A stretch of DNA of 64,000 bases from an uncultured Bacteroidota bacterium (GCA_963790995.1 CAWBQQ010000001.1:2007268-2071267); one strand, 5' to 3'; shown: positions 37,445 to 47,077, counted from the stretch's first letter. A program made the numbers and translations. The notes: generated by a model from the sequence alone, not told the origin.

Positions 37445-39061
37445 TTAAAATCTAAATCCTATTTCGGCAGACGCATTAATGCTGTTCATGGTCGCATCGA
37501 TGACATCGTCCACTTCCACAGATGAATATATTCTCGATGAAAAATCGTAATTCAGGAATCCTGAAAGTGTATGGGTTACATAGGTCTGTTGCAAGGTCGA
37601 AACAGAAATACTGTAGACATCATAACGGAATGTAATGGAAAGGCGGTCGAAAAACATGCGGTCGATATCGGCAGAGAAATCGTGCCCGTTTGTATATTCT
37701 CCGACAATACCGAGGTACTGCACGCCCGCATTTATGCCTGTGCTAAGAATGTCGCCGGCTCGCGTGGAACCGCCGAGAGTATGTTCATCGCGTGAGAATT
37801 CACTGCTTGTGTTGAGAGTCGCGTTTGCAGATACGGTTATCACATCCGTCAAATGGGCAGTCACGGATGCGCGATAACCCTGCAAAATATTTCTATCGAT
37901 TAAAGAATCCGGGATGTTTTTCATCGACTGGAAGAGGTAAATGTTTCGTGAGGCATCGTAGCCGATGTTGGCAAATAGCCATTCCGCCGGATAATAATTT
38001 GCTGAAAAATATGTATCCGAAAAATTGAGCGTAGATTTTCTAACACCGTTGGAGAGGCTGCTTAAATCAATTTCCGACGTTTCGTAAAGATATAATTTTG
38101 TTCCTAGAGAGATAGAATTTTGGGCGTATAAGAAATTACGGTCAAGATTTCCCCCGACCATTTGCAAGCCGTAGGCGATTGTGCCATCATATTGATGGAA
38201 GAAATCGGAGCCGGAGTGATAGTTCAAGAAGAACGCAGTTCTTGTTCCGCTGAAGCTCAGGGACGAAGGAACATCGGCAGCAGCTCCACCGAGAACTCCT
38301 GCGGTAAAATTATTCACGCGGTAATAAAATTGTGCACCGTCAAAAGTTCCGATCCCTCCGACGAACTGCGACGTCATCCGTCCGATGCCGTACCCCATTG
38401 AAGCGTCCGGCAAATCGCTTACCAGTGAAGCGCGGTAAAGGTTATGTTGGAATCCCGTCGCATTTCCAAAGATAGAGTAGTTGTCTGTTCCATCATAAAG
38501 GCTTTGGTCGTCCAATGAAAGTACCATGCCGGTTCCGAGAACATTTGAAACGTTTACCATCACGATCCCCGCGGGCTGGTTCAGATTGAATTTAGAATCT
38601 TCCGCAGAAATAAAATTATATTGAAGACCTATCCTTCCCGAAAAGACATTCTCGCGAGGTTGCTTTTCTGCAAGCGGAGTAATGTTAAATGCCACCGGCA
38701 TTTGGGTTGTGTCCGTTTCTGTAGAATTGGTTCCGGGTTCGGTTGTTTCGATGGACATGACCACATCATCCCCGGTGGCAATTGTGTCTGATTGTGATAT
38801 TATCCGCAGGGCGCTCGAACTGTCGGCTACGGCAATCACTGCGGCCGTTCCGGCATTTACGTCTTTGTGAAATATTTCTGCCGTGTAGCCAACGGCAACA
38901 CCTTCCAGACGGCCGGCGTTAATGTAAATAACCGTTCCGGAAATATATGAGATGGCAAACTTATCCTTTCTGAAGGCGTTCCAATTCCTATTTCTCGCCT
39001 GTGCCACGACATGCAACGTAAGGAATACAGCAAGAACTAATCCGATCGTTTTCGTCCGCAT
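37445..39061 (-). CDS. Outer-membrane beta-barrel protein (porin partner of the multiheme cytochromes)
   Basis: Signal peptide; small N-terminal beta domain (IYINAG..EGV.VG), T-rich linker, many amphipathic beta strands, C-terminal EIGFRF; start overlaps the cytochrome stop. Confidence 0.85.
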   Translation of the reverse strand: MRTKTIGLVLAVFLTLHVVAQARNRNWNAFRKDKFAISYISGTVIYINAGRLEGVAVGYTAEIFHKDVNAGTAAVIAVADSSSALRIISQSDTIATGDDVVMSIETTEPGTNSTETDTTQMPVAFNITPLAEKQPRENVFSGRIGLQYNFISAEDSKFNLNQPAGIVMVNVSNVLGTGMVLSLDDQSLYDGTDNYSIFGNATGFQHNLYRASLVSDLPDASMGYGIGRMTSQFVGGIGTFDGAQFYYRVNNFTAGVLGGAAADVPSSLSFSGTRTAFFLNYHSGSDFFHQYDGTIAYGLQMVGGNLDRNFLYAQNSISLGTKLYLYETSEIDLSSLSNGVRKSTLNFSDTYFSANYYPAEWLFANIGYDASRNIYLFQSMKNIPDSLIDRNILQGYRASVTAHLTDVITVSANATLNTSSEFSRDEHTLGGSTRAGDILSTGINAGVQYLGIVGEYTNGHDFSADIDRMFFDRLSITFRYDVYSISVSTLQQTYVTHTLSGFLNYDFSSRIYSSVEVDDVIDATMNSINASAEIGFRF

Positions 39062-39888
39062 CATCCTCCTCCGGTTGGATGGCAACGATAACATGCGGAG
39101 CTCTCATAGATGTAGCCCTTAACATTTGCATGTTGAGAATCCATCCGGGATTCCGTATGCTCATGGCAGTTTATGCACGCGAACGTAGAGTAATTGGGCT
39201 GTGCCGCGTGGCAGTCGGTACAGGCGTTCCATACTCCCGGCCTGTGCGTGTCACCTGCGTGGATCGGAAAATATGGGTGGGGAAAAAAAGCGGCGGGCTG
39301 CCAAGTCAAAGCTCTGTGACAGACTGCGCATTCGGTATTGAATCCGGCCGTCATATGGTTTGGGTTTTGAGCTGCGATGTACTCGCTTTGATGGCACGCA
39401 ACACATTCGCTTGGTGTGTCACGATATCGGTTTCCGACGTGACAGCTTAAACACGGCACTGCTTCGTGGGCGCCTCGCGTAGGAAATTGTGTTAAATCAT
39501 GGTCGAAGCTTGCCTGCCATGACATTCCTTCTACCGTATGACACTGCGTGCAGTCGGTACCGAATCCCGCGGCTCGATGGTCGATGGCAATCGCTGCATC
39601 ATAATCTTTCTGATGGCACGAAAAACAATCGCGAGGCGTGTCTGTAAATCTTAATCCTGCATGGCAATCTTTACATGCGACATTTCGATGTTCGCCGTAA
39701 AGTTTAAATCCGGTTTCGGAATGGTCGAACTTCATCGGCGAAGCCAGCTCGGTCCAGCCTTGCGTCGTGTGACAGTCAGTGCATTGCAAATTAATATCAC
39801 CATGAGGAGATGCCTGAGCCAGGCAGTCGGCGTATGCGAGCATTGTTACAACAATAACGAAAATTAATTTTGTGCAATTGTTCATCAT
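39061..39888 (-). CDS. Decaheme c-type cytochrome
   Basis: Signal peptide; 10 CxxCH motifs counted (CTDCH, CKDCH, CFSCH, CTQCH, CLSCH, CVACH, CAVCH, CTDCH, CINCH, CYRCH). Confidence 0.95.
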   Translation of the reverse strand: MMNNCTKLIFVIVVTMLAYADCLAQASPHGDINLQCTDCHTTQGWTELASPMKFDHSETGFKLYGEHRNVACKDCHAGLRFTDTPRDCFSCHQKDYDAAIAIDHRAAGFGTDCTQCHTVEGMSWQASFDHDLTQFPTRGAHEAVPCLSCHVGNRYRDTPSECVACHQSEYIAAQNPNHMTAGFNTECAVCHRALTWQPAAFFPHPYFPIHAGDTHRPGVWNACTDCHAAQPNYSTFACINCHEHTESRMDSQHANVKGYIYESSACYRCHPTGGG

Positions 39889-39890
39889 GT

Positions 39891-41540
39891 TTATCCCGCC
39901 GCCGAATGACAATCGGTGCATTTGTTTCCTAATGGTTTGTACTTTACAGTCTCTTTGCCGTTCATCACAACCGACGCATGACATTTCGAGCAAGGTACAT
40001 CGGCGTGTTTTCCCGTGAGCGCGAAGGACGATTGAGTGTCGTGATTGAAAATGAGCTTATGCCAGCTATCGGCGATGTGGCATCTCGCGCAATCAGTCGA
40101 GCCTTCAAGCTGGAATTGTCCCTGGTGTTCATCGGAATGGCATGACGAGCATGCTGTATCCAATCCAACATATTTTATGGGCAGCCACGGGTCCACCGGC
40201 TTCACGTGGCATTTGCTGCATTCGACTTTCGCGTGTGCTCCACGGAGAGGAAATTTTGTTTTATTGTGAGAAAAATTCGGAAGGCTGGCCCACGAATCCG
40301 TTATGTGGCACGTCTTGCATCCGTTGGTCATCTCTGCTTTGAACTGATCTTTGTGAGTATCGGCGTGGCACGTTATGCATTTAATGGATCCGTTCCAATG
40401 AAATTGCATTGTTGAGGGAGCTTTAACCTTGTTCAGGAGATGACACTCAGAACATGGCACGGCGAGATGCGCCCCATCCAGGACAAATCTTCCTTTTTGA
40501 TGATCGGCGATTGTATAAGTTGCCAGAGTCCAGCCGGCTACAGTGTGGCACGATTCGCATTTTCCTTTGTCCGGTCTGTCGGCAAATTGTCCTGCGTGAC
40601 CATCTGAGTGGCAGTCGGAGCATAACTGAAATCGCACAATGTGGAATCCGAATCCGCCGCTGACATTTCTTTTCCTCGGGTCGCTCTCGTGGCACTGTGC
40701 GCATTTCACGCCGGCATGTTTGCCCAATAGAGGAAAAGAAGTCTTAGAATGGTCGAACTCTGTTTTGCTGATGGTGATAAAGCTTTCGGTCATATGGCAT
40801 GATGAACAGGGCTGCTTGAATTGTCCTTTGTGTGGATCGGCGTGGCAATCAGAGCATGATGAAAATTGCATCTGCGTGAACTTTACGGTCTTATTGTCTC
40901 TCAATTTTTCATCGTGGCATTTGAAACAATTGACGTTTTTATGCTGACCGGTAAGCGGATAGCTGGTTAGGTCATGATTGAAGTTATCTGCGGGATTCCA
41001 ATGGTCTGTGCTATGACATGCTGAACAAGATTGGCTAAATTGTCCTTTATGAATATCTTCGTGACATGACTCGCATTGGGTCGATAATCCTAGAAAAGTT
41101 GTTTCTCTTCTAACGACGGGGAGAATCTTAACATCTTGTGCGGCGATATCATTTGGATTATGGCAGTCGCGGCATTTGATGGTTTTATGCTTGCCATTCA
41201 AAACAAATCCAGTTGTGCCATGATCGAACGATGCGGTGTTGAACCGGATGATTTGATATTTGCGCCCAAGGTGATCAAGATGGCACTCGGTACATGACAC
41301 TGCACTAACTGTCGGATGGTATCCTATGCGCCGTTCAATGCTTGCTTCGATAGCTTTGTGACAGGCAAGACACTTATTATTCGATATTAATTTTTCGACC
41401 GTATGACATTTGGTGCAGTTCTCAATTCCTTCGAGTTGGGCATGTCCTGAATAGAGCGGGCCGGGTGAAATCTGAGCATAAGCACAGGCGGCGATAGAAA
41501 TCTCAAGACACAGAGATAACCAAATTTTTCTATTGACCAA
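39891..41540 (-). CDS. 20-heme c-type cytochrome
   Basis: Signal peptide (AYA-Q); 20 CxxCH motifs counted, arranged in about 90-aa three-heme repeats. Confidence 0.96.
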   Translation of the reverse strand: MVNRKIWLSLCLEISIAACAYAQISPGPLYSGHAQLEGIENCTKCHTVEKLISNNKCLACHKAIEASIERRIGYHPTVSAVSCTECHLDHLGRKYQIIRFNTASFDHGTTGFVLNGKHKTIKCRDCHNPNDIAAQDVKILPVVRRETTFLGLSTQCESCHEDIHKGQFSQSCSACHSTDHWNPADNFNHDLTSYPLTGQHKNVNCFKCHDEKLRDNKTVKFTQMQFSSCSDCHADPHKGQFKQPCSSCHMTESFITISKTEFDHSKTSFPLLGKHAGVKCAQCHESDPRKRNVSGGFGFHIVRFQLCSDCHSDGHAGQFADRPDKGKCESCHTVAGWTLATYTIADHQKGRFVLDGAHLAVPCSECHLLNKVKAPSTMQFHWNGSIKCITCHADTHKDQFKAEMTNGCKTCHITDSWASLPNFSHNKTKFPLRGAHAKVECSKCHVKPVDPWLPIKYVGLDTACSSCHSDEHQGQFQLEGSTDCARCHIADSWHKLIFNHDTQSSFALTGKHADVPCSKCHASVVMNGKETVKYKPLGNKCTDCHSAAG

Positions 41541-41787
41541 TAGCCTCTCCAGAATTTTGTGGCTCTAGCTCCTATTTCGGACCCTCTGCCAAATATGCAA
41601 TGCCAGCTGTTAATCCTACTTGATGTCTGAGTTCACTAAAGAAAAAGCTTTTCAAATGTTCGTATTCTTTAATGCTCTAAGTTTTGACGCGGTAACAGAT
41701 TACTGAAGTGTCGCCCCTTTGCTTGAAAATATCGAGATCTGGACGAGCCATATCCTCTTGATCATGTTTGATAATACAAATTTCTTA

Positions 41788-42678
41788 TCAAAAAATCCAA
41801 GTGTATCCGAAAGTCACTGCCACGCCCACATGTATGATAAGAATTATAAGAACTATCAGAGAGAAGGGAAGGTGGATAACATGCCAGTAATGAAAAACGA
41901 GGCGAATTTTCTCCAGAACGAGGATCCGTTGCTGTAAGACAATTCGGCGTTGAGCCGCGGCGCAGATCTTTTTAACTAAATCGGCTCGGACAGAATGTCT
42001 CTGCAGGATTTTGTGAACTTCATTCCGGTAGTTCCACCTTGAAAAATCTGCTTTAAGAAGATACCAGAAAAGCTTGAAGAAACCTGCTCTTGAATTATCA
42101 ATCTGCAAAACACCGGCTTCGTCTATTTGTTGAAGCAGATCGCTTCCGAGAGAATATTGGGTATTTAAAGATTGTAATAATTGCTGCCGCTTGTCTTCGA
42201 GTTCTTTTACAGTAAGTTCGTGGCCTTCGATATTTTTTGGTATGAATCTATAAAAATATCTGCCGATGAAACCACTGAGAACAACCGCGGTCATGCACCA
42301 GAATCCCGCGCCTGCGATGCCTCCGAACTTGAATGTTGTATGGTACATTATAAGAATCGGGCCGACAAGGCACATGAAGATATGAAAATCGAGATAATCC
42401 CTTATTTTTCCGAAGTGAGCGAGCTTTTTTACACGCTTTCTCGTCGAGTAAACTATTACACCAATAAAAATCATAGCTGTGCCGATAACGCCGTAACCGT
42501 GACTTTCTATTCCTTCTGGTTTCAAACTATCATACCGCGCATACAATGGTCTTTCTTGAAGAGGTGTAAGATAGTATGAATAATTTCTCGCCCAGATTGT
42601 GAGAGCGGTTAAAGTTCCGACTATTATCAGAAAGAAGACAAAGACTTTATGCGGGAGTTCCGCGATGCTTGGTTTCAT
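41788..42678 (-). CDS. Inner-membrane protein with conserved His residues (ferric-reductase/cytochrome b-like)
   Basis: Five or six TM segments; YLDFHIF, MYHTT, SGFIGRY, WHVIHLP, IIHV candidate heme-b ligands. Confidence 0.8.
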   Translation of the reverse strand: MKPSIAELPHKVFVFFLIIVGTLTALTIWARNYSYYLTPLQERPLYARYDSLKPEGIESHGYGVIGTAMIFIGVIVYSTRKRVKKLAHFGKIRDYLDFHIFMCLVGPILIMYHTTFKFGGIAGAGFWCMTAVVLSGFIGRYFYRFIPKNIEGHELTVKELEDKRQQLLQSLNTQYSLGSDLLQQIDEAGVLQIDNSRAGFFKLFWYLLKADFSRWNYRNEVHKILQRHSVRADLVKKICAAAQRRIVLQQRILVLEKIRLVFHYWHVIHLPFSLIVLIILIIHVGVAVTFGYTWIF

Positions 42679-43390
42679 GAAGAATTAGTCAACTAGTTCG
42701 GCGTCTGCGAAGAGAAAATCTGATCGCCAATGAGTAATGCCTAAGTCCCATCATGAAAGATAAGATTTTCAGGCTCAGGAACATAGGGTCTGGAATCTTA
42801 TAAGCTTTCTGCTTGGAGTAGAAGCACATAAAGCAACCTTTCAAAAATCTAAAAGTAAATCCTCGCGCGAATCCCCCATACATAGACCGTCCGCCGAAAA
42901 GCCCTTGACACTATGAATTTAAGGACATCTGTGAGAATGCTTTCATGGATGCCTGTACCGTCATCTGATTTTGGGTAGGTCATGTGGTCTACGTATCAAA
43001 ACTGTGGACTCGTCTTATGCTCCCGATCTGGCATAACAGGTTTTAGAGGGTGCAATAAGCAACATTGGATACCATGACGTTAAAGGTCCCATGGGACCCG
43101 GCCCCTCACTAAATGCCCATTCCTGTTCCTTCCATGGAAGAACAAATGTGTTTGCGGTGACAGGAACCGCATCGCAATTAAATTTCTGCCCCCATGCACC
43201 GGGTACTTTTCGGTTGGTCACGGAGGGACTAAGGGGTTCGCTGCTCTTTATTTTTTTCTGTGTCCGGCTGAGCAGGCGATGCGCCGCAGCCTTCGTGGCC
43301 GAGCACAAATTCGTACGACCCGGGGAGCAGATGGGCCAAAGCTCTTTGTCCGTCCATGATATGGAAACATGCAATTCAAGCTCACTGTTG

Positions 43391-44164
43391 TCACTGCTTC
43401 AGGATTTCAAACGCCATCTCAGCCGCAGCTTGTTCCGCGGCTTTCTTCGTTTTTCCTGTACCGGTCCCACAAGATTCTTCTCCTATCAGCACTTCAACCG
43501 TGAATACCCTATCATGGTCTGGTCCTTCTTCCTTTATAAGATTGTACCGTGGGGAGCCAAGTCCGCGGGCCTGAGAAAACTCGAGAAGCGCGCTCTTAAA
43601 ATTCTTATCGAGCGCATCGAACAATTCACTGCCCACCTGCTTTTCTCTGGGCATGACCGTTTTTGCAACAAACTTCTTCGTAACATGTATTCCGCTGTCA
43701 AGATAAATTGCGGCTATTATTGCCTCGAATGCATCCGAAACAATTGTCTCGTAGCCTTTTTCGATAGCGTGTTGGGCGCTGTTGCTCATGTCCAAAAAGG
43801 AAGACAGGTTAATCTTAGCGGCGCATTCTGCGAGCGCGTGCTGGTTGACGAGGAGGCTTCGTAGCCTGGTCATCTGACCTTCGTCAATGTCCGGAAATTC
43901 AACAAATAATAATTCGGCAACCAAGAAATCGAGGATTGCATCGCCGAGAAACTCCATGCGCTCATTGGAACGCCTTTCAGCGCGGGTCGCGTTAATGTTT
44001 TCTGCGGCAGGAATGGATAATGCCGAACGGTGGGTTAATGCCTCCGAAAAGTAGCTTTCATTTCTGATTCTTACCCCCAAAGTTTTCTCAAGCTCACGCT
44101 TCTTTTTAAGATGCCCGCGCCGGGGAAACCCCTTAAAGATTTTCTTCGAAGAAAATAGCATCAA
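43391..44164 (-). CDS. rnc: Ribonuclease III
   Basis: ALTHRS, NERMEFLGDA, DAFEAIIAAIYLD, dsRBD (GPDH, KKAAEQAAA). Confidence 0.98.
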   Translation of the reverse strand: MMLFSSKKIFKGFPRRGHLKKKRELEKTLGVRIRNESYFSEALTHRSALSIPAAENINATRAERRSNERMEFLGDAILDFLVAELLFVEFPDIDEGQMTRLRSLLVNQHALAECAAKINLSSFLDMSNSAQHAIEKGYETIVSDAFEAIIAAIYLDSGIHVTKKFVAKTVMPREKQVGSELFDALDKNFKSALLEFSQARGLGSPRYNLIKEEGPDHDRVFTVEVLIGEESCGTGTGKTKKAAEQAAAEMAFEILKQ

Positions 44165-44192
44165 CTATAAAGCTGTCAGCTGACAGCAATTA

Positions 44193-45449
44193 TCATTCTC
44201 GAAATTTTGTAAACAGCAAGCAGTTATTATGCCCTCCGAAACCGAAAGTATTGCTTATAGCAGCGTTGACGGTTCTCTTTATCGGTTTATTCGGCACATA
44301 GTTAAGATCGCAATCCGGATCCGGGAACTCATAATTTATAGTTGGCGGAATTGTATCATTGATGATTGCAAGAATCGTGGCGATGGCTTCGACCGCTCCT
44401 GCAGCACCTAACTGATGTCCCGTCATTGATTTTGTGGAGCTTATGTGAAGCTTGTACGCGTGCTCGCCGAAAACTGCCTTTATTGCCTCGGTTTCGTTTT
44501 TATCATTAGGGGGCGTTGAAGTCCCGTGGGCGTTGATGTAATCTATGTCTTCCGGCTTCAACCCGCCGTCTTTTATTGCAAGCCTCATAGCTCTTACCGC
44601 GCCTTCGCCCCCGGGTGCCGGCTGAGTAAGATGGTACGCATCCGCGGTGAGACCGAACCCGGACAGTTCTGCGAGTATTCTTGCACCGCGCATCACCGCA
44701 TGTTCATAACTTTCAACTACGAGTATCCCGCCGCCTTCGCCCATCACGAAGCCGTCGCGTTTAGCATCGAACGGCCTGCTTGCGCAAAGTGGATTGTCGT
44801 TTCGGGTCGAGAGGGCTTTCATGGAATTGAATCCGCCGATTCCCATCGGACAAATCGCAGCTTCGGATCCGCCGGTTATCATCATGTCAGCGTCTCCGCG
44901 CTGGATGAGTATCGCCGCATCGGCGATTGCATTACCTGAAGTGGCACAGGCCGACGTTGTGGCATAATTCGGCCCCTTTAACTTGTATCGGATCGAGATG
45001 TTTCCTGCCGCAATATCCGATATCATCATCGGAATAAAGAAGGGGCTGATGCGGTCCGGTCCGCCGGCATTGAAGAGATTTTCCTGCTGTCTTTGATAAG
45101 TCCACATCCCGCCGATTCCGCTTCCGACCACGACGCCAACGCGGTCTCTATCTAACTTTTCGAAGTCGATTTTCGCATCCTCGATTGCCTGAGCAGCGGC
45201 AGCCATCGCGAATTGTGCAAACAAGTCCATGCGCTGTACGCTCTTTTTGTCCAGGTATTTCAGGGGATCGAAGTTTTTAATCTCGCAAGCGAATTTCGTG
45301 TCGTACTTAGAAACGTCGAAGTAGGTGATTGGACCAGCACCACTTTTGCTTTCCATCATCGCCTGCCAGAATTCGCCGACCGTTAATCCGATCGGCGTGA
45401 CCGCTCCGAGTCCCGTAACCACGACGCGCTTTCCGCTTTTCATAACCAT
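44193..45449 (-). CDS. fabF: 3-oxoacyl-ACP synthase II
   Basis: TSACAT, NAHGTST, KSMTGH, FGFGGHN. Confidence 0.98.
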   Translation of the reverse strand: MVMKSGKRVVVTGLGAVTPIGLTVGEFWQAMMESKSGAGPITYFDVSKYDTKFACEIKNFDPLKYLDKKSVQRMDLFAQFAMAAAAQAIEDAKIDFEKLDRDRVGVVVGSGIGGMWTYQRQQENLFNAGGPDRISPFFIPMMISDIAAGNISIRYKLKGPNYATTSACATSGNAIADAAILIQRGDADMMITGGSEAAICPMGIGGFNSMKALSTRNDNPLCASRPFDAKRDGFVMGEGGGILVVESYEHAVMRGARILAELSGFGLTADAYHLTQPAPGGEGAVRAMRLAIKDGGLKPEDIDYINAHGTSTPPNDKNETEAIKAVFGEHAYKLHISSTKSMTGHQLGAAGAVEAIATILAIINDTIPPTINYEFPDPDCDLNYVPNKPIKRTVNAAISNTFGFGGHNNCLLFTKFRE

Positions 45450-45462
45450 CCTTCGGACCTTA

Positions 45463-45702
45463 TCAACTCACTCTTTGCTTCAGATATCCGACCGCGTCGC
45501 CGACGGTGCGAATCTTTTCCGCGTCCTGATCGGGGATCTGAATATTGAAGGCCTTTTCAAATTCCATTACGAGCTCCACGGTGTCGAGAGAATCTGCACC
45601 GAGGTCGTTCGTGAAAGAAGCTTCGGGCTTAACCTGGGATTCTTCAGCACCCAGTTTGTTCACGATGATCTCTTTCACTTTTGCTTCCACATCTACTGGC
45701 AT
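45463..45702 (-). CDS. acpP: Acyl carrier protein
   Basis: [13 protein letters not shown] phosphopantetheine site. Confidence 0.99.
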   Translation of the reverse strand: MPVDVEAKVKEIIVNKLGAEESQVKPEASFTNDLGADSLDTVELVMEFEKAFNIQIPDQDAEKIRTVGDAVGYLKQRVS

Positions 45703-45735
45703 TGTTGTATTACCTCCGTTTATCTTTATTTGAAT

Positions 45736-46476
45736 TTAAATTGACATCCCGCCGTCAACAGAAATCACCTGACCCGTAATGTAATCGGCGTCAGGTGAGG
45801 CGAGAAAGCGTACGACTCTTGCAACTTCTTCAGGCTTGGCGACCCGCTTCAATGGAATCGTATCGACGACCGCTTTTCGTTGTTCCTCCGTCAGAGCCGC
45901 GGTCATGCCGGTCTCAATATAACCAGGTGCTACCGCATTGACAAGTATGTTTCTGCTGGCAAATTCCTTGGCGATTGATTTTGTAAACCCGATAATCCCG
46001 GCCTTTGACGCGGAATAATTTGACTGTCCGGCGTTTCCTCTAATTCCCACAACGGAGCTTATGTTGATTATCTTTCCGTACCGCTGTCCCATCATGGTGC
46101 GCGCCGCTGCCTTTGTGTAATTGAAAACAGTCTTCAGATTCACTTGAATCACCGCGTCCCAGTCTTCCTCCTGCAGCCGCAAAAGTAAATTGTCTTTTGT
46201 GATTCCGACATTATTGACAAGAATGTCAAGCCTCCCAAATTCGGCAATGACTTTTTCGACGACCTCTACGGCAGACTTAAGCGAAGTAGCATCTGCGTCG
46301 ATTGAGAGGGCTTTTCTTCCAAGCTGCTTGACCTCCGATGCGAGCGTTTCCGCAAGTTGAACCGATCCTTTGTCGATAAAAACGACATCGGCTCCGCTCT
46401 TTGCAAGTTCAAGTGCGATCGCCCGGCCAATTCCACGTGCCGCTCCGGTTATCAAAGCTACTTTACCTTCCAGCAT
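45736..46476 (-). CDS. fabG: 3-oxoacyl-ACP reductase
   Basis: TGAARGIG, NNVGITKD, YSASK, VAPGYIET. Confidence 0.97.
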   Translation of the reverse strand: MLEGKVALITGAARGIGRAIALELAKSGADVVFIDKGSVQLAETLASEVKQLGRKALSIDADATSLKSAVEVVEKVIAEFGRLDILVNNVGITKDNLLLRLQEEDWDAVIQVNLKTVFNYTKAAARTMMGQRYGKIINISSVVGIRGNAGQSNYSASKAGIIGFTKSIAKEFASRNILVNAVAPGYIETGMTAALTEEQRKAVVDTIPLKRVAKPEEVARVVRFLASPDADYITGQVISVDGGMSI

Positions 46477-47077
46477 TTTTTGAACACTCCTGTTCTTTTA
46501 TTGTGGCTAAATTGTTTCTGTAATAGTCGAGGACCTCTTTGTACTTCGCGGCACCAAAGGCATGCTCGAATTCAATGGAGCACGTCTCTACCATTTTGTC
46601 CTCGCTCTCCGGCGACGCGGTGCAGCAACCGGACTCACCGAAACAGAAATCATCATATTGATAAACTCCGTCGACTTTGACGATCGGGAAGAGAATGCAG
46701 TAATACGGCTTCATTGAAAATCTCTTTAAGCCCTCTTCCATTTCTGCGACTTGAATGGCACATCTGCCGTCCTTATTGAGAAACGCACACTTATCGTTAT
46801 AAACTTCTGTGCTGACACATTTCCCCGATGGAAAATCGGCATCTTCTTCTTCGTCGTTATTAAACCAATTGTCGCGATCCTTTGACTGGGTCTCGTCAAA
46901 ATATTTTTCGATAATATCGGCATGAGCCAAAATATTGTCGCGCTCTCTTGGATCAAGATAAACTCCATGCCGACAGCAGCGCGAGGTGCAGGCGTTTGGT
47001 CCATTCGGGTCTTTGAACCCTTCGATGAAAATTTTTCGCTCGAACTTTAGTCCGGATATTTCTATGTTGTCACTCAT
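46463..47077 (-). CDS. Cys-rich protein, DUF3109/YkgJ-like metal-cluster family
   Basis: CTSRCC..G, CAFL....RCAI, KPYYCILFPI. Confidence 0.75.
   Translation of the reverse strand: MSDNIEISGLKFERKIFIEGFKDPNGPNACTSRCCRHGVYLDPRERDNILAHADIIEKYFDETQSKDRDNWFNNDEEEDADFPSGKCVSTEVYNDKCAFLNKDGRCAIQVAEMEEGLKRFSMKPYYCILFPIVKVDGVYQYDDFCFGESGCCTASPESEDKMVETCSIEFEHAFGAAKYKEVLDYYRNNLATIKEQECSKNAGR

Noticed and set aside
41586-41606. Possible sigma-54 promoter (TGGCA...) upstream of the 20-heme gene
   Set aside because: GG-to-GC spacing is not the required 10 nt
42714-42745. TPP-riboswitch-like words (CTGATC...TAATGCC)
   Set aside because: Wrong strand for the downstream gene, CTGAGA element missing, and no thiamine-related gene
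43091-43864. 257-aa plus-strand ORF, and short ORFs 43015-43374 and 42689-42883
   Set aside because: Largely antisense to rnc or inside the structured spacer; atypical composition and no clear RBS
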